64,000 bases of DNA, from the sequence record MT708547.1, one strand, 5' to 3'. Numbering within the stretch: the stretch's first letter is position 1; every line of letters starts with the position of its first letter. This document shows, piece by piece, positions 1 to 12,006 of this stretch. Position numbers and translations under genes: made by a program. The notes under the pieces are model-generated. The model was not told the origin of the DNA, made no database searches, and saw nothing but the letters and a program-made list of their open reading frames with translations.

Positions 1-9
1 TAAAATATT

Positions 10-586
10 ATGGATAAATTACACAAAGCAGTATTATTTTTAAAAGCATATAGCTATGAGTACTTACAAAGTCATGGAAAATGGAATGGTAGTTATAAGG
101 ATTTATATTCATCTGTTTTTCTTAATGAAGTAAATCTTGTGATATCAGAAGTACAAAAATTATATGAAAGAAAACTTGTGCATACGAGATTTGGTATTGG
201 AATTATTATTAGTATATTTTGCTTCACATACGGTTCCTTTTTAGTCGCAATAGAAACAATAGTAGAAGGCAAACCACAAACAATAGTATTAAAATTAAGT
301 GAGATATATCTGGATGAATGAACATTTTAATAGAATACAATTAATCACCCAACTTCTACAAATGGTTGATGACACATTTGATGAATTAAAAAATAATCTT
401 ATGAATAAGAAAATCAAATGTAAGGTATATATGAATGATGGTGATTATTTCGATATGCGTGAAGTTGAAGTAACTGGAATTGTTACTAATATTACTTTGT
501 ATGAATATGATCTAACTATTACAGTGAAAATCGACGAAGGTCGTGAATATTACGTTTGTAATCAACATATTGAGGTGGTTGAATGA
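10..586 (+). CDS. Two short hypothetical proteins (10-321, 299-586), members of a small helix+beta paralog family
   Basis: ORF track; co-directional overlapping ORFs; no recognisable catalytic motif. Confidence 0.55.
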
Positions 587-1728
587 GTTTAGTAGAAATC
601 TATAATGATTTAATGAATTTAGTACAAAATAATGAAGCATTTGAATATAAAGATCAGCGTTCAATTGGCGGTGGTTTGTATAGAATCTTTTCTTATCGAA
701 TGGCCTCATATACTGATTTCTGTGAACCTAATGCCAAAGAAACACGAGGATCAATGTGGGAAATCAATGAAGATGGCACTATGATTCGTTGTGCGGCACG
801 TACTATGAATAAATTTTTTAACGCATATGAAAACCCATTCACAATGTTTGATAAAAATATGCTTAGTACTGAAATTGAAGTGGCGATGGATAAACGAGAC
901 GGTTCTATTATCAGTACTTTCAAGGATAATGACGGAATTATTCGTTGTAAATCTCACACTTCTCTATCTTCAGAACACGCAATTAATAGTAATGCTATCA
1001 TGCGTCCTGGTTCTAGTTTATATCAATACGTAGAAGAAGCTGAACTTCAACAATATACCGTGAACCTCGAATATACTTCACCTGAATATCGTATTGTATT
1101 GCCATATCAGAGCGAGAAACTGACTGTATTGAACGTTCGTCATCGAATCACTGGTGAACTACTGTGTGGTGAAAAACTGCGTCAGAAGTTTCCTATGCTC
1201 GCTATGCGTAGCACTAATATGATAAATGGTCAGAACATTGCAAGTAATTTTCCAATGCGTACTACAGTACTTGAAACTGTGGAAGCAGTAAAAGGAATGC
1301 GAGACATTGAAGGATTTGTAGCAGTACTGAAAGATGGCACAATGTTTAAAATTAAAACAGATTGGTACTGTGCTTTGCATTTCAATAAGGATAGTATTAA
1401 TGTTGATTCTAGACTTTACGAATCAGTGCTACAAGGTGCAAGTGATGATTTAAGGCAAATGTTCTCTAATGATCAGTATTGTCTTGATAAGATTAAAAGG
1501 ATGGAAGATTTAGTATTCAGTACTTATAATTCTTTTGAAAAATTTGTTAATGATTTTTACAATGAATTTAAACATTTAGAACGCAAAGAATATGCACTAA
1601 AAGTACAGAAACTTCTACCAAAAGAATTAAATCATCAGGGTTATGCTTTCTCTTTGTATAACAATAAACCGTTTGATTTAAAGGAAAACATGATCAAATA
1701 CAGCAAAGAAGTATTAAAAGATTTCTAA
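583..1728 (+). CDS. rnlA: RNA ligase 1 (T4 RnlA-like)
   Basis: Nucleotidyltransferase motif I KRDGS, ETRG and MNKFFN, IEGFV and MFKIKTDWY motifs; 381 aa matches the T4 Rnl1 size class. Confidence 0.92.
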   Translation: MSLVEIYNDLMNLVQNNEAFEYKDQRSIGGGLYRIFSYRMASYTDFCEPNAKETRGSMWEINEDGTMIRCAARTMNKFFNAYENPFTMFDKNMLSTEIEVAMDKRDGSIISTFKDNDGIIRCKSHTSLSSEHAINSNAIMRPGSSLYQYVEEAELQQYTVNLEYTSPEYRIVLPYQSEKLTVLNVRHRITGELLCGEKLRQKFPMLAMRSTNMINGQNIASNFPMRTTVLETVEAVKGMRDIEGFVAVLKDGTMFKIKTDWYCALHFNKDSINVDSRLYESVLQGASDDLRQMFSNDQYCLDKIKRMEDLVFSTYNSFEKFVNDFYNEFKHLERKEYALKVQKLLPKELNHQGYAFSLYNNKPFDLKENMIKYSKEVLKDF

Positions 1729-1740
1729 TAAGGACACCAA

Positions 1741-2904
1741 ATGAAGAAAAGGAATTCGTGGAGTACTCCTGAAGAATATAGGAAGATTCAGTGTTATTTT
1801 GATACAATACACAAAGAAAAATCCAGTTCAGGAGTACGAAAAAACAGAAATAAAATTAATACTAAAAAGAAAGAACGTATATATTCTTTAGAACGCCATA
1901 CAAGAGAAGCTTAAACGGGAGATTATTATGAAAGTACAAATTCAGCACAGTATTGTTCAAGACATGTCAGTGGTTAAATTTAACAATCTTCATGATTTTT
2001 TTAGATGTATTGACTTTCTCGATAATTCATGTTTAGAATATGATATGATAAAATACAGTTCAGTTCTTGATACTGCCAGTATCAGAGTGAATGAATTGGT
2101 ACTACATAAATTTAGCAAACGTTTCGGGATTGGGAAATGATTATGTATGAAAAATTTATATCAACTAAAGAAATGCTTCAAAGGTTGATTGACGATAATG
2201 ACAAAGAAATTATAAGGTATTACACTGGAAAAAAAGTAAAAATTTCTGCTGAACTCCTTGAGGAACTCGAATTGGAATCAGATGATGATATTGTATGGAC
2301 TATATATGCAGTCACTGTATTCGATGATTGCCTATTTTTTGATGTAGAACACGGTGATGATGATTTACAAGATTTAGAAATAGATGATCTTATATTTCTT
2401 TGAGAATAAAAATGAATACAGAACAAGCTATTAGTACTATTGAAAATTTAAATAACACTTTAGGAATTCTTGAAAAAATTAAGTTAGATGTTGAATATCA
2501 AGTACAAAATTTATTTTTGAATAAGAAAGCATTATTCAAGGATGGCACGGAAGGATATATTGTCGAGTTGTTTTCTGAAAATGTAAACCTACCTTATGAT
2601 TTTCAATTTCTTGTTCGTTCAGAAGGTGGATACTTAGATTATATATATGAGGTAAAAGATTTTGTGCAATTCATCTAAAATAATTAAGCAGTACGAACAA
2701 TACGTAACTATGCTTGAAACCATGAATGCGGAATTAGAAGTTTCTGCATTTAATTCTGTACATAGATACTTTATAAATCGTCCAGTGTTATATAAAAACA
2801 ATGAATATAAAATTCAAAATGTATTCAGAGATGAAGAAAGTACTATAATTTTCCTACTGTATAATAATATATATGTGGATTATACTGAAGTAACGTTTAT
2901 TTAA
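1741..2904 (+). CDS. Run of short hypothetical ORFs (1741-1914 read by hand, 1928-2140, 2137-2403, 2400-2678, 2662-2904)
   Basis: Tightly packed or overlapping ORFs, several with SD-like AAGGA/GGAG. Confidence 0.55.
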
Positions 2905-2915
2905 AGGACATAATA

Positions 2916-3860
2916 ATGCCAACAATCACATTAACAGTTGGACTTCCCGGATGTGGCAAGACTACATGGGCTGTTGAAGAAGTTCGAAGATCTAAAAGTA
3001 AAACAGTAAACATCAACCGTGATGATATGCGAGAAAGCATGGCTGGTTCTCATGAGAATTATAAGTTCAAAGATGATAATGAGAAGTACATAGACGCTAT
3101 GCAAATTGCAGCAGCAGATACAGCAGCAAAGAATAAGTGGAATATTATTATTTCAGATACCAACCTAAAGTTATCTATCCGAAAGAAATGGAAAGATTGG
3201 GCTAAAGCCAATGGCTATGATTACAAAGAAAAGAATTTCTTTGATGACTTTGTAGCAAAAAGTACTTCAGGTGCAGATGTTCATCAGTACTTTAAAATTA
3301 AAGAATTTGTAAAACAATGCAAAGACTATAATTTACTTCGCTACAAATCAGTACCGGAATCGGTAATTGATACAATGGCTGATTCTTATTTGTATAGTAC
3401 TATGCCAGTTCCTTCTATTCAGAAAGATTCGATGTATGATTTTAATACTGAATATATCATTGTTGATATTGATGGTACTTTAGCACATAGGGGAAATCGC
3501 AACCCATATGATGAAAGTACTGTACTGGAAGATACACCAGATCTTGAAGTTATTCGTTCAGTACTGGCTGAAGTGAACCATCATAAACGAAAGGTTATTA
3601 TCATGAGTGGTCGTCATGAAACTTGTGCAAAAGACACTCGTTTGTGGCTTCATGAAAATGGAGTTCCATTTGAATATCTTTTTATGCGTTCAGAAAATGA
3701 TAATCGCCCTGATGATGTGGTAAAATATGAATTGTACATGAAACATGTTGCACCATATTATAATGTTGTTAAAGTTTATGATGACCGACAACAAGTGTGT
3801 ACGATGTGGCGTAAATTGCTGAAATTGAAAGTTTTTCAAGTTGATTTTGGTAATTTTTGA
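2916..3860 (+). CDS. pseT: Polynucleotide 5'-kinase/3'-phosphatase (T4 PseT/Pnkp)
   Basis: N-terminal P-loop GLPGCGKTT plus NRDDMR; C-terminal HAD motifs DIDGTLA, SGR, DDR. Confidence 0.93.
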   Translation: MPTITLTVGLPGCGKTTWAVEEVRRSKSKTVNINRDDMRESMAGSHENYKFKDDNEKYIDAMQIAAADTAAKNKWNIIISDTNLKLSIRKKWKDWAKANGYDYKEKNFFDDFVAKSTSGADVHQYFKIKEFVKQCKDYNLLRYKSVPESVIDTMADSYLYSTMPVPSIQKDSMYDFNTEYIIVDIDGTLAHRGNRNPYDESTVLEDTPDLEVIRSVLAEVNHHKRKVIIMSGRHETCAKDTRLWLHENGVPFEYLFMRSENDNRPDDVVKYELYMKHVAPYYNVVKVYDDRQQVCTMWRKLLKLKVFQVDFGNF

Positions 3861-3868
3861 TAATTATT

Positions 3869-3900
3869 GAAGGGGAACACTTGATCCCCTTCTTTTCTTT
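3869..3900 (+). terminator. Intrinsic terminator after pseT
   Basis: GAAGGGGA-acacttga-TCCCCTTC followed by a T-run. Confidence 0.75.
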
Positions 3901-3971
3901 TGTTAAAATAGAAATACAAATAGAAAAATAACATTTATCTAGATTCAGTAGTTGGGCTTGGGGATAAGAAA

Positions 3972-6348
3972 ATGAGACAATTTTATGAACACTGGAAAAT
4001 GTTATTTAATAGTACAGAGTTGTTGTACTGGAATAGATATTATTCCGGTTGTATCAATGAATTGTATAATCATTTTTTATATGAAGCTACTTCATCATTA
4101 AAAGGACAAACAGTTCAACACAACGTACTCGGCGAATGTAGAATTACAAGAGTTTATTCTTTTTATGATGATGAATTATTTTGTACAATATATTCGAATT
4201 TATACAGAATGGATGTAAAATTGCGAGATTTAATTTAATGAATTTATTAGAATGTATAAAATTTACTAAATTTTTAGATTCAGTGAATGATCGTATGTTT
4301 GAGGAATTTTGTGATAATACTGAATATTTAAATATAGTAATGGGTATTTTTCATAAACATTTAAATGGGTATATTGATGAACTGAATAAAAAACTAAAAA
4401 ACAGAGAACTTTTCGTGTATGGTTTAGGTTATTGTGTAATTTATGATGTTTATCGTTCGATACATGGTGAATTAAAATGTACAGTAACATTTGAAAATGA
4501 ATATCATAATGTCTATATGAAATACTCAAAACTTGTATGAATAAAATAAAATCACTTGATATTGCTTATACCCTATTTTATATCAAAGATCATATAGATG
4601 ACTCTTTTTACAAAGTTATAGTCGATTATACAGAGAATTTAATACAAGAACTTAACACAATACTTATAGGTAGTAGTTGTATTGTTAAACCATCTGGTGT
4701 TGAATTCAAAGCTACAATTGATTCAATATTGTTTAGTTCTATTTCTGGTTTAGTATATAAAGTAACTGAAAATACTAAATCATTTTATAGTTATCGTTAT
4801 GTTAATCCATTAAAAATTGAGTTCTTATGAAATCACTCAAAGAAGATATTAATTTCAAATTGTTATCAGTACTGAAAGAACATACTTTTAGTAACCCACT
4901 TTGTCAAGATTTACTTAATTCAATATATTATAATAAAATTACCAAATATGTTGATAATAAATGTTATTTTATTCATGACGAAGAAAAATTATACTCAACC
5001 ATAAATGGGTTTTTTGTATCAAAAAACGGTGATGTTTTATGTTATTTGTATCATAATAAAACATACAATTTTATAGAATTAAAGGATGTATATATTGAAT
5101 AGTATTCAGGATGATATAGAAAGGAGAATATACTTCATTATAGTGTGTTATAAAAGAAAATACACTACACAGTACTATAATTTCTGGAATGCAAGATTAA
5201 ATTTGGAAATTAAAAACATATTATACTACCAGAGGATATTGTAATGGATTCTTATTTAGATGAATTAATTATTGATTTACTAGTTTCTTCAGTACTATCA
5301 CGTCGCGGTGAACAAAAAGAACGCAAATACAATAAAGAAAAATTTGATGATTATTTGCGTGATTTTCTGGAAAGATTCAAATGAATCAACATCAAGATTA
5401 CAAATATCATAAGCTGCTTGATGAATTCACCGAAAACATAAAAATGTATGGGGTGCTAAAACAGATAGCAACAAAACATAAAACAGGAGACTATTTCAAT
5501 AAAAGATGTAATTCAATTATAAAGAGATTTGTTACAGAAAGTAATTTTATTATTAAAGGAAAATAATTTATGGATATTGATGATACGTATTTGTATAATC
5601 TTGAATTAGTGAGAGTTGGTGTATTATTGACCACTTATTATACTAACTACAAATGTATTAATTCTGTTATAAATTCTATACTTGATTCATGGGTATATTA
5701 TAGTTCCAGATTACTATAATGATTAATTTAAATTTAAGTTACAAAACACATAACTTCGAAAGTATAAAATTTGATGAATAAAATAAATGACGCATATCAT
5801 ACTTGGGAAATGCTTTTTGACTTAACTGATGATTTTTATCCAAGTAACTATTCAAATGTTTATTATGAAGTATATAAAAATTATTATTCAGAACTTAATA
5901 ATTATGTCAAAGGAACTAAAGTTGAACTTATATTATTATATTCAGTGAGTCCTTCAAAACTAGGAACTGTTAATTCAATAAATGTGACACCATTTGGATT
6001 ACACTTTGAAATAGAACTGTGTCATAATTCAGTAATCGTTTTCCGTGAATATTGTGAAATAAAAGAATGTTAATATGTGGGGTTATCATGAATTTAAAAA
6101 CTGATATAGAATATTTCAATTTACTTATGTCATTAGTAAATGAACAATTGGAGCACATGAATAATACTTATAAAAATACCAATGTATTAATAGATTCACA
6201 TAAAAAGAATTTATATGATGAAGAGGGAAATATTTTATTATTTGATATTTCGGATAAAGACTCTACATTAATGATAAGTGTTCAGTACAGTAACAGTTGG
6301 TTTGGTCATTTAAACTCGGAATATCATGATTTTGTGATCAAAAAATAA
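3972..6348 (+). CDS. Array of short hypothetical ORFs (3972-4238, 4181-4540, 4537-4830, 4827-5102, 5244-5384 by hand, 5381-5566, 5771-6073, 6067-6348)
   Basis: ORF track, overlapping start/stop codons; several share a helix then LKxxxV...G...I..I pattern. Confidence 0.55.
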
Positions 6349-6358
6349 CAAAAAAATA

Positions 6359-6387
6359 TTGCAATAGCTTCTATTGTGTTGTATAGT
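6359..6387 (+). promoter_or_regulatory. Sigma70-type early promoter
   Basis: TTGCAA-17 nt-TATAGT with an A-rich UP element. Confidence 0.65.
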
Positions 6388-6482
6388 CTGTGTATCAGTC
6401 TCACTGATGGATGTAAAATAAAAATTGAATATTTTTCGTATCAATGATATAGTGTTATAAACATATAAAAGAGGAAATAAAA

Positions 6483-7154
6483 ATGATCGCTATCTGGTTT
6501 ATTATGGTTATTCTTGTCGGTGTTTGGGCTAATGCATGGGGTCGTAGTGGTATTTTATTCGGTCTGTTGTCACTAATTTTGTCACCACTGATTGGTGCAA
6601 TTGTGCTTCTTTGTGCTGGTAAAAAAGTTGTTGCAACACAACCAAAAAATATGCAACCAATTCAGAACATCGTAATTCATACCAATGGTACTACTTCATC
6701 AGAAGTACAAGTAACAACTGATACTACTGTACTGGAAAAAGAAGACGAATCTGATAAAAAAAAAGATCAAAGTCTTGAACCCGTAGAAGCAACCGAAGTA
6801 TCTGAGGTAGTAAATGAGGTTGTTGAATCTTCTCCAAAAGAAGATAATACGAATCCAGTACCAGTTACTAAACAAAAGAGAGCACAACAAGCGAAAAAAG
6901 CACGTACTGTTAAAAAGAAATCAAGTACTGTTGGTGCAACTAAACAAACAAAAACAACTAAAACTGTTGTTGATGATTCCAGTAATAAAAATACATCAAA
7001 CAACAATGATAGTATTGATAGTACTTCAATCGTACCTGGTGTAGCCGCCGCTGTTATTACAACCCAAATACTAACGGAGAGTAGTTCAGTGGATAGTAGC
7101 TCTTCATACGATTCTGGAAGTTGTGACAGTTCTTCAAGTTCTTCATGTGATTAA
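6483..7154 (+). CDS. Membrane protein, two N-terminal TM helices plus a long low-complexity tail
   Basis: Hydrophobic residues 1-46; acidic then basic then Ser-rich tail ending SSYDSGSCDSSSSSSCD; SD GAGG. Confidence 0.7.
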   Translation: MIAIWFIMVILVGVWANAWGRSGILFGLLSLILSPLIGAIVLLCAGKKVVATQPKNMQPIQNIVIHTNGTTSSEVQVTTDTTVLEKEDESDKKKDQSLEPVEATEVSEVVNEVVESSPKEDNTNPVPVTKQKRAQQAKKARTVKKKSSTVGATKQTKTTKTVVDDSSNKNTSNNNDSIDSTSIVPGVAAAVITTQILTESSSVDSSSSYDSGSCDSSSSSSCD

Positions 7155-7160
7155 TAAACA

Positions 7161-7190
7161 AAAGAAGCCCAAATAAGGGCTTCTTTTTAT
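7161..7190 (+). terminator. Intrinsic terminator
   Basis: AAAGAAGCCC-aaataa-GGGCTTCTTT followed by T-run. Confidence 0.8.
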
Positions 7191-7216
7191 TTAAGTAAAA
7201 TATATTAAGGATTAAT

Positions 7217-7963
7217 ATGAGACATTATTTACAAGTAACAGTACCGGATGAAAAGGAATTATATATTGTTGGTGATATTCATGGTAATGCAAGACTGTGG
7301 GATTTAACTAAAAAAGAATTTGGAATCACTGATAATGATGTAGTATTCAGTCTAGGCGATATTGTGGATCGTGGTAAAAATAATTCCAAATTACTATTTG
7401 AATTTCTTTTTCAAGACAATCGTTATATGATTAACGGAAATCACGAATCCATGCTCGTTGATGGATTGACTAATCGTGAATGGTATCATTGTCATATGAG
7501 TAATGGTGGAGACAAACTATACGAAGAACTTGGTCATACTGGTGTAGAATTCTTTGCTCAGTACTTAAAAGATTTACCCATGATCATAGAAATACGTTAT
7601 CGTGGTATGAAAATTGGATTAGTACACGGTTGCTGTCCTTTACGTTATACGGACTGGAACGAATTTTTAACTGATAGTTCAACGTTATCTCCAAAAATTG
7701 TTGAAGAATGTATTTGGTCCAGAAATGATTTTGACTATGCAAAACAAAACAACACTTATCATTCACCAAGAATTTCCAATATTGATTATGTAATTTCAGG
7801 ACATTCCCCTGTATTTGATCCACTAATTTATGGAAACCGATGGTGGATTGATTCACAATTTAGTACTGGAGATTTGACTGTAGTACAGCCAAGCAATGGT
7901 AAACTGAGATATTTTAGAAGAGAAAAAGATGCATATTCTTTTGATCGTAAACGTGGTTATTAA
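7217..7963 (+). CDS. Ser/Thr protein phosphatase (calcineurin-like metallophosphoesterase, lambda NinI/PrpA type)
   Basis: GDIHG, GDIVDRG, GNHE, VHG, GHSP motifs. Confidence 0.9.
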   Translation: MRHYLQVTVPDEKELYIVGDIHGNARLWDLTKKEFGITDNDVVFSLGDIVDRGKNNSKLLFEFLFQDNRYMINGNHESMLVDGLTNREWYHCHMSNGGDKLYEELGHTGVEFFAQYLKDLPMIIEIRYRGMKIGLVHGCCPLRYTDWNEFLTDSSTLSPKIVEECIWSRNDFDYAKQNNTYHSPRISNIDYVISGHSPVFDPLIYGNRWWIDSQFSTGDLTVVQPSNGKLRYFRREKDAYSFDRKRGY

Positions 7964-7975
7964 TAAGGATAAAAT

Positions 7976-8413
7976 ATGAAACTATATCTATTAGTTAACA
8001 GTTATTGTACTGGTAAACAAGCATATATTCAGGCAATGCACGCTGGTTTTGATCTACTCATGAAATACCATGATGATTCAACCTATGGTACCAAATGTGT
8101 TGATATGATCACCGATTGGTACAATAATCATAAAACAGTAGTAGTACTGAATGCTGGTAATTCAGATATGCTTCATTATTATGAGACCATTCTTGACGCA
8201 CAACAAACAGTTCCATACGATGTTTTCTGTGAACCCGGACTGGATGGTGCCATGACTGCAATCGCAGTACTCGCAAGTACTGAAATGGTGGAAGATATGA
8301 AACATATGCGTGATGGTTTATATGATGATGTTCCTGGGTTTTTTGGTGTAAAATACGGGTGTGAATTAGAAGAAATCCTAACTGACATTAGTACCATGAG
8401 AACTGCGGATTAA
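7976..8413 (+). CDS. Peptidyl-tRNA hydrolase type II (Pth2)-like protein
   Basis: GKQAYIQAMHA, W...HKTVVVL, late TAIAV segment typical of Pth2 fold; recalled similarity, not searched. Confidence 0.65.
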   Translation: MKLYLLVNSYCTGKQAYIQAMHAGFDLLMKYHDDSTYGTKCVDMITDWYNNHKTVVVLNAGNSDMLHYYETILDAQQTVPYDVFCEPGLDGAMTAIAVLASTEMVEDMKHMRDGLYDDVPGFFGVKYGCELEEILTDISTMRTAD

Positions 8414-10285
8414 TGAAAATTTATAATAAAGAAACTAAACTTTATAATAATGTTATAAAATTATATAATTCGGAAATTAATTACTTAAAAAGCAAAGTCA
8501 AGAAACTCAAAAATAACCCAGTACTTAGAAATGAAATAAAAAGAACCAACGAACTATATACAAAAAAAGCAAAAACAGTATTACCAAAAGAACATTACGA
8601 AGCTAGTAGTGCATGGATGGAAGCATCCATGAATGTAAACAAAATAAAAAACAATTTGGGAATAAAAAGTTATTCACAACTAATAACAGATTTAGAAACA
8701 CAAAAGGAATTTCTATTAAAAGAAATAGAAAACCAGTTAGGTTCAGTTTTATTTCATTTGTGTGAATTAGATGGTAATTCCTCAACGCATTATTCTTTCT
8801 TTAGTATGAATGGTGTATATATTTGGATTACCAACATTGCAACAACATATATTTTATATGATAATTTTGATTATTACAGTACTGAATTATTTGAGGAACT
8901 TATAAAGTACCTTCCCAAGAAAAATTCTGAACTGAAATTCATTTTGCATGGTAAAAATAAGCATATAATTGTAAAAGATGATATTTTTATTCTTTTTGAT
9001 GAAGTAAATTTTAACCATTTTAGTACAGGATCACTACAGGAATTATTTGAAGAAATTATAAGGATTAATAATGAGTATACCTAGTAAATTATACGTAGCA
9101 CGTTCATATGCTGGAACAGATAAAATAAATGGAAGTATAATCGATGCAACAAAAGATCATACTAAAGCATATCAGGATAAAAAATCCAGAGTAGATCAAC
9201 GCCACCGACATAATACACTGACTTCACTTGAACTGGATAATGTCCCAACAAAGGGGTTCAGCGTAGTCAAACAATATAGTTATGTCAGCCGTGAATGTTT
9301 TTTTTCTATTCATCACCCAAGAGGTTTTGAATTTAGTATTTCAGTACAAAATATGATTGATTTGATTGCTAACAATAATATCATCAATGGTTCATTTGTT
9401 GATGAAATGTACTTCGATGATAAATTACAACTAATCAACAGTAATACTGAAGCGTTTGAAAAAATGAAAAAACGCGAAGAAATCAAAGAGAAGAACAAAA
9501 ATACAAAAGAAAATCTTAAATGTGGTAGTGGTTTTGTTTATCTGAAAAATGAATTCTATTACTGTGGTAAAGTTCATGCAATTAGTGTTCATGCAAACAA
9601 AGATTATGCATTAACTGATAAAAGTCGTTCATATGATTTAGTATATGATATTGGCAAGAAACTCTATTCTTTGTGTAATGATTTGAGTAAGTACCAAATT
9701 GAACAAAGAGCACTTCTTAATACAAAAACTGATTTAGAAACAGAAGTACAGAAAGCAAATACATATTTTCAAAGTACAGTCAAAAAAGAATATGCACCTC
9801 TTTCCGACCAAAGAGAACCAGTACTAATTCATACCAAATCATTCAAGAAATCCGACTTACGTATTCAGTACAATGATATTTCTTATTCAGAAATGTCAAA
9901 CGGTGTAAATTATTTTTGTTCTAATTTATTATACTTAGCAGAATATAATAATAACACATATAGAGTGTTCTTTGGTCTTAATAAAAACTATAAGCCAGGT
10001 GTATACCGACATTATAGTAATGATTATGATATAATCAATTCTGGTAATTTTGAGATTTACTGTGCATACCCATGTACTGTGTCAGAAAATACATTAGAAA
10101 TGGATGTTGACATTAATAGTCATTATTCTTTTGCTATGTGGGGTGCATATAAATCACCATTCTATCCACCATCCAAGCGTTATGACGCATATAGTACCAG
10201 TTATAAAAACAAAAAGGAACTAATTCATCTTGATCCATCTAATACAGTACTAAAAGTTGGTCGTTATTATCTACAAGGAAAGTAA
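8413..10285 (+). CDS. Two hypothetical proteins (8413-9084, 9071-10285)
   Basis: Long ORFs in operon; no confident family. Confidence 0.6.
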
Positions 10286-10287
10286 AA

Positions 10288-11691
10288 ATGAGCATTCTGT
10301 CCATTCTAAATGAAATTAAAAATACCAGCAGTACTAATGCAAAAAAAGATATCCTAAGAGAAAATAAAAATAATATTTTACTACAAAAGGTAATCAAATA
10401 CGCATTGGATCCTCTTAAAGTTTATGGATATAAAAAGCTTCCAGAACCAGTCTCAGACGGTTTCAAAATGAGCCTTAATGATGCACTGGACGCACTTGAC
10501 CGTATTGCTAGTCGTGAATTTACTGGTCATGCTGGCCGTGATTTTATTGCATCAGTCCTTGGTTCAGTTAATGAAGATGATGCTGAAGTACTACGTAAAG
10601 TATTGGTTAAAAATCTAGATAATGGTATTCAAGCAAAAATGGCAAATGCTGTTTTTGGTAATATCGTTCTCGATGAAAGTTATATGCGTTGTGATCTACT
10701 TACTGCAAAAACGGCAAAAAAAATTAATTTTAAAAAGTTTGGTTATGCAGTTAGTGAATTAAAACATGATGGTCAATATCTTTCGCATATTATCAAAGAT
10801 GGAAAAGTCACGAGTACCAGTCGCAACTCCAAAATATATGACTTTTATGGAACTAAAGATGATGATATGCTAAAACTTGCTGAACTTATTCAAAGTTCCG
10901 ACTCTCGTTTTAGTTCCGGTGTTGTTGTGATGGGTGAAGCATTAGTATACAGTACTGACATGATTAACCCAGAACCACGAACTACTGGTAATGGTATTAT
11001 TCAGAAATTTGGTAAAAATGGTGGTACTATTGACGAAGCCCACAGGGTATTCTTTAAACTATGGGATGTTGTTCCATATGATGCGTTCATTGAAGGTGAG
11101 TGGGATGTTATTAGAAAGGAACGCCGAGAACTATTAGAAAATACATTAAATGAATTAAATTCTAACTTTGTTAAAATGACTGAGTACAGAATCGTTCATT
11201 CATTTAAAGAAGCATTTGATTATAATACAGAAGTGATGACACAAGGTTCCGAAGGTACTATCATCAAGTCTGAAGACAATATTTTCAAATCACATACATC
11301 ACCAACACAACTTAAAGTCAAACTCAAGATGGAAGTTGATTTGAAAATTGTTGGATTTGAAAAAGGTGTAGGAAAACGTAAAGGAACACTTGGTTCTATT
11401 ATTCTACAAAGTGACGATGGTCAATTAGTGACCAACTGTGGAACTGGATTCACTGATAAAATGCTTGACGAAATCTGGAAAAACAGAGATAATCTTCTTT
11501 ACAAAATCGTAGCAGTTGAAGCAAATGATATAGTACTGGATAAGCGTACAAAAGTTCCAAGTTTATTCTTACCAGTATTTGTGGAAATTCGTGAAGATAA
11601 AGATACTGCCGATACTTATAGTAGAATTCAAGAAATTAAAGAAAGTAGTATTGAAGTATTCAGTACTAAACTATTAGAATCAATCAAATAA
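10288..11691 (+). CDS. lig: ATP-dependent DNA ligase (T4 gp30-like)
   Basis: Adenylation motif ELKHDGQY, EGTIIKS, C-terminal OB fold with GTGF and LFLPVFVEIREDK. Confidence 0.93.
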   Translation: MSILSILNEIKNTSSTNAKKDILRENKNNILLQKVIKYALDPLKVYGYKKLPEPVSDGFKMSLNDALDALDRIASREFTGHAGRDFIASVLGSVNEDDAEVLRKVLVKNLDNGIQAKMANAVFGNIVLDESYMRCDLLTAKTAKKINFKKFGYAVSELKHDGQYLSHIIKDGKVTSTSRNSKIYDFYGTKDDDMLKLAELIQSSDSRFSSGVVVMGEALVYSTDMINPEPRTTGNGIIQKFGKNGGTIDEAHRVFFKLWDVVPYDAFIEGEWDVIRKERRELLENTLNELNSNFVKMTEYRIVHSFKEAFDYNTEVMTQGSEGTIIKSEDNIFKSHTSPTQLKVKLKMEVDLKIVGFEKGVGKRKGTLGSIILQSDDGQLVTNCGTGFTDKMLDEIWKNRDNLLYKIVAVEANDIVLDKRTKVPSLFLPVFVEIREDKDTADTYSRIQEIKESSIEVFSTKLLESIK

Positions 11692-11699
11692 GGTATATT

Positions 11700-11993
11700 A
11701 TGAAAATTAAATCACTAATTGCAGGTTTTTCATTGGCATCTATTATTTTCATTACTGGTTGTACTGATGCAACTCAATCACAAATCATGTCACTTGGTAA
11801 TATTCATCAAGTTAAATGTTATAGTGGTGGAGTAGAAATCTTTAATGATTACAGTACTGGTAAAGTGAATGATGAAAGTGGTAATGGTATTGGATATGAA
11901 TCTTACTATACTAAACAATATGTAAACACATATGCAGATTGTATTGTACATACTATGCCAAATAATTTTGTACCTCCTTCTAAATCAGAATAA
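11700..11993 (+). CDS. Putative lipoprotein
   Basis: Signal peptide with lipobox ITG-C; sequence of the T4-like type CTDA...VKCYSGG. Confidence 0.65.
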   Translation: MKIKSLIAGFSLASIIFITGCTDATQSQIMSLGNIHQVKCYSGGVEIFNDYSTGKVNDESGNGIGYESYYTKQYVNTYADCIVHTMPNNFVPPSKSE

Positions 11994-12006
11994 GGAATAT
12001 TAAAAT

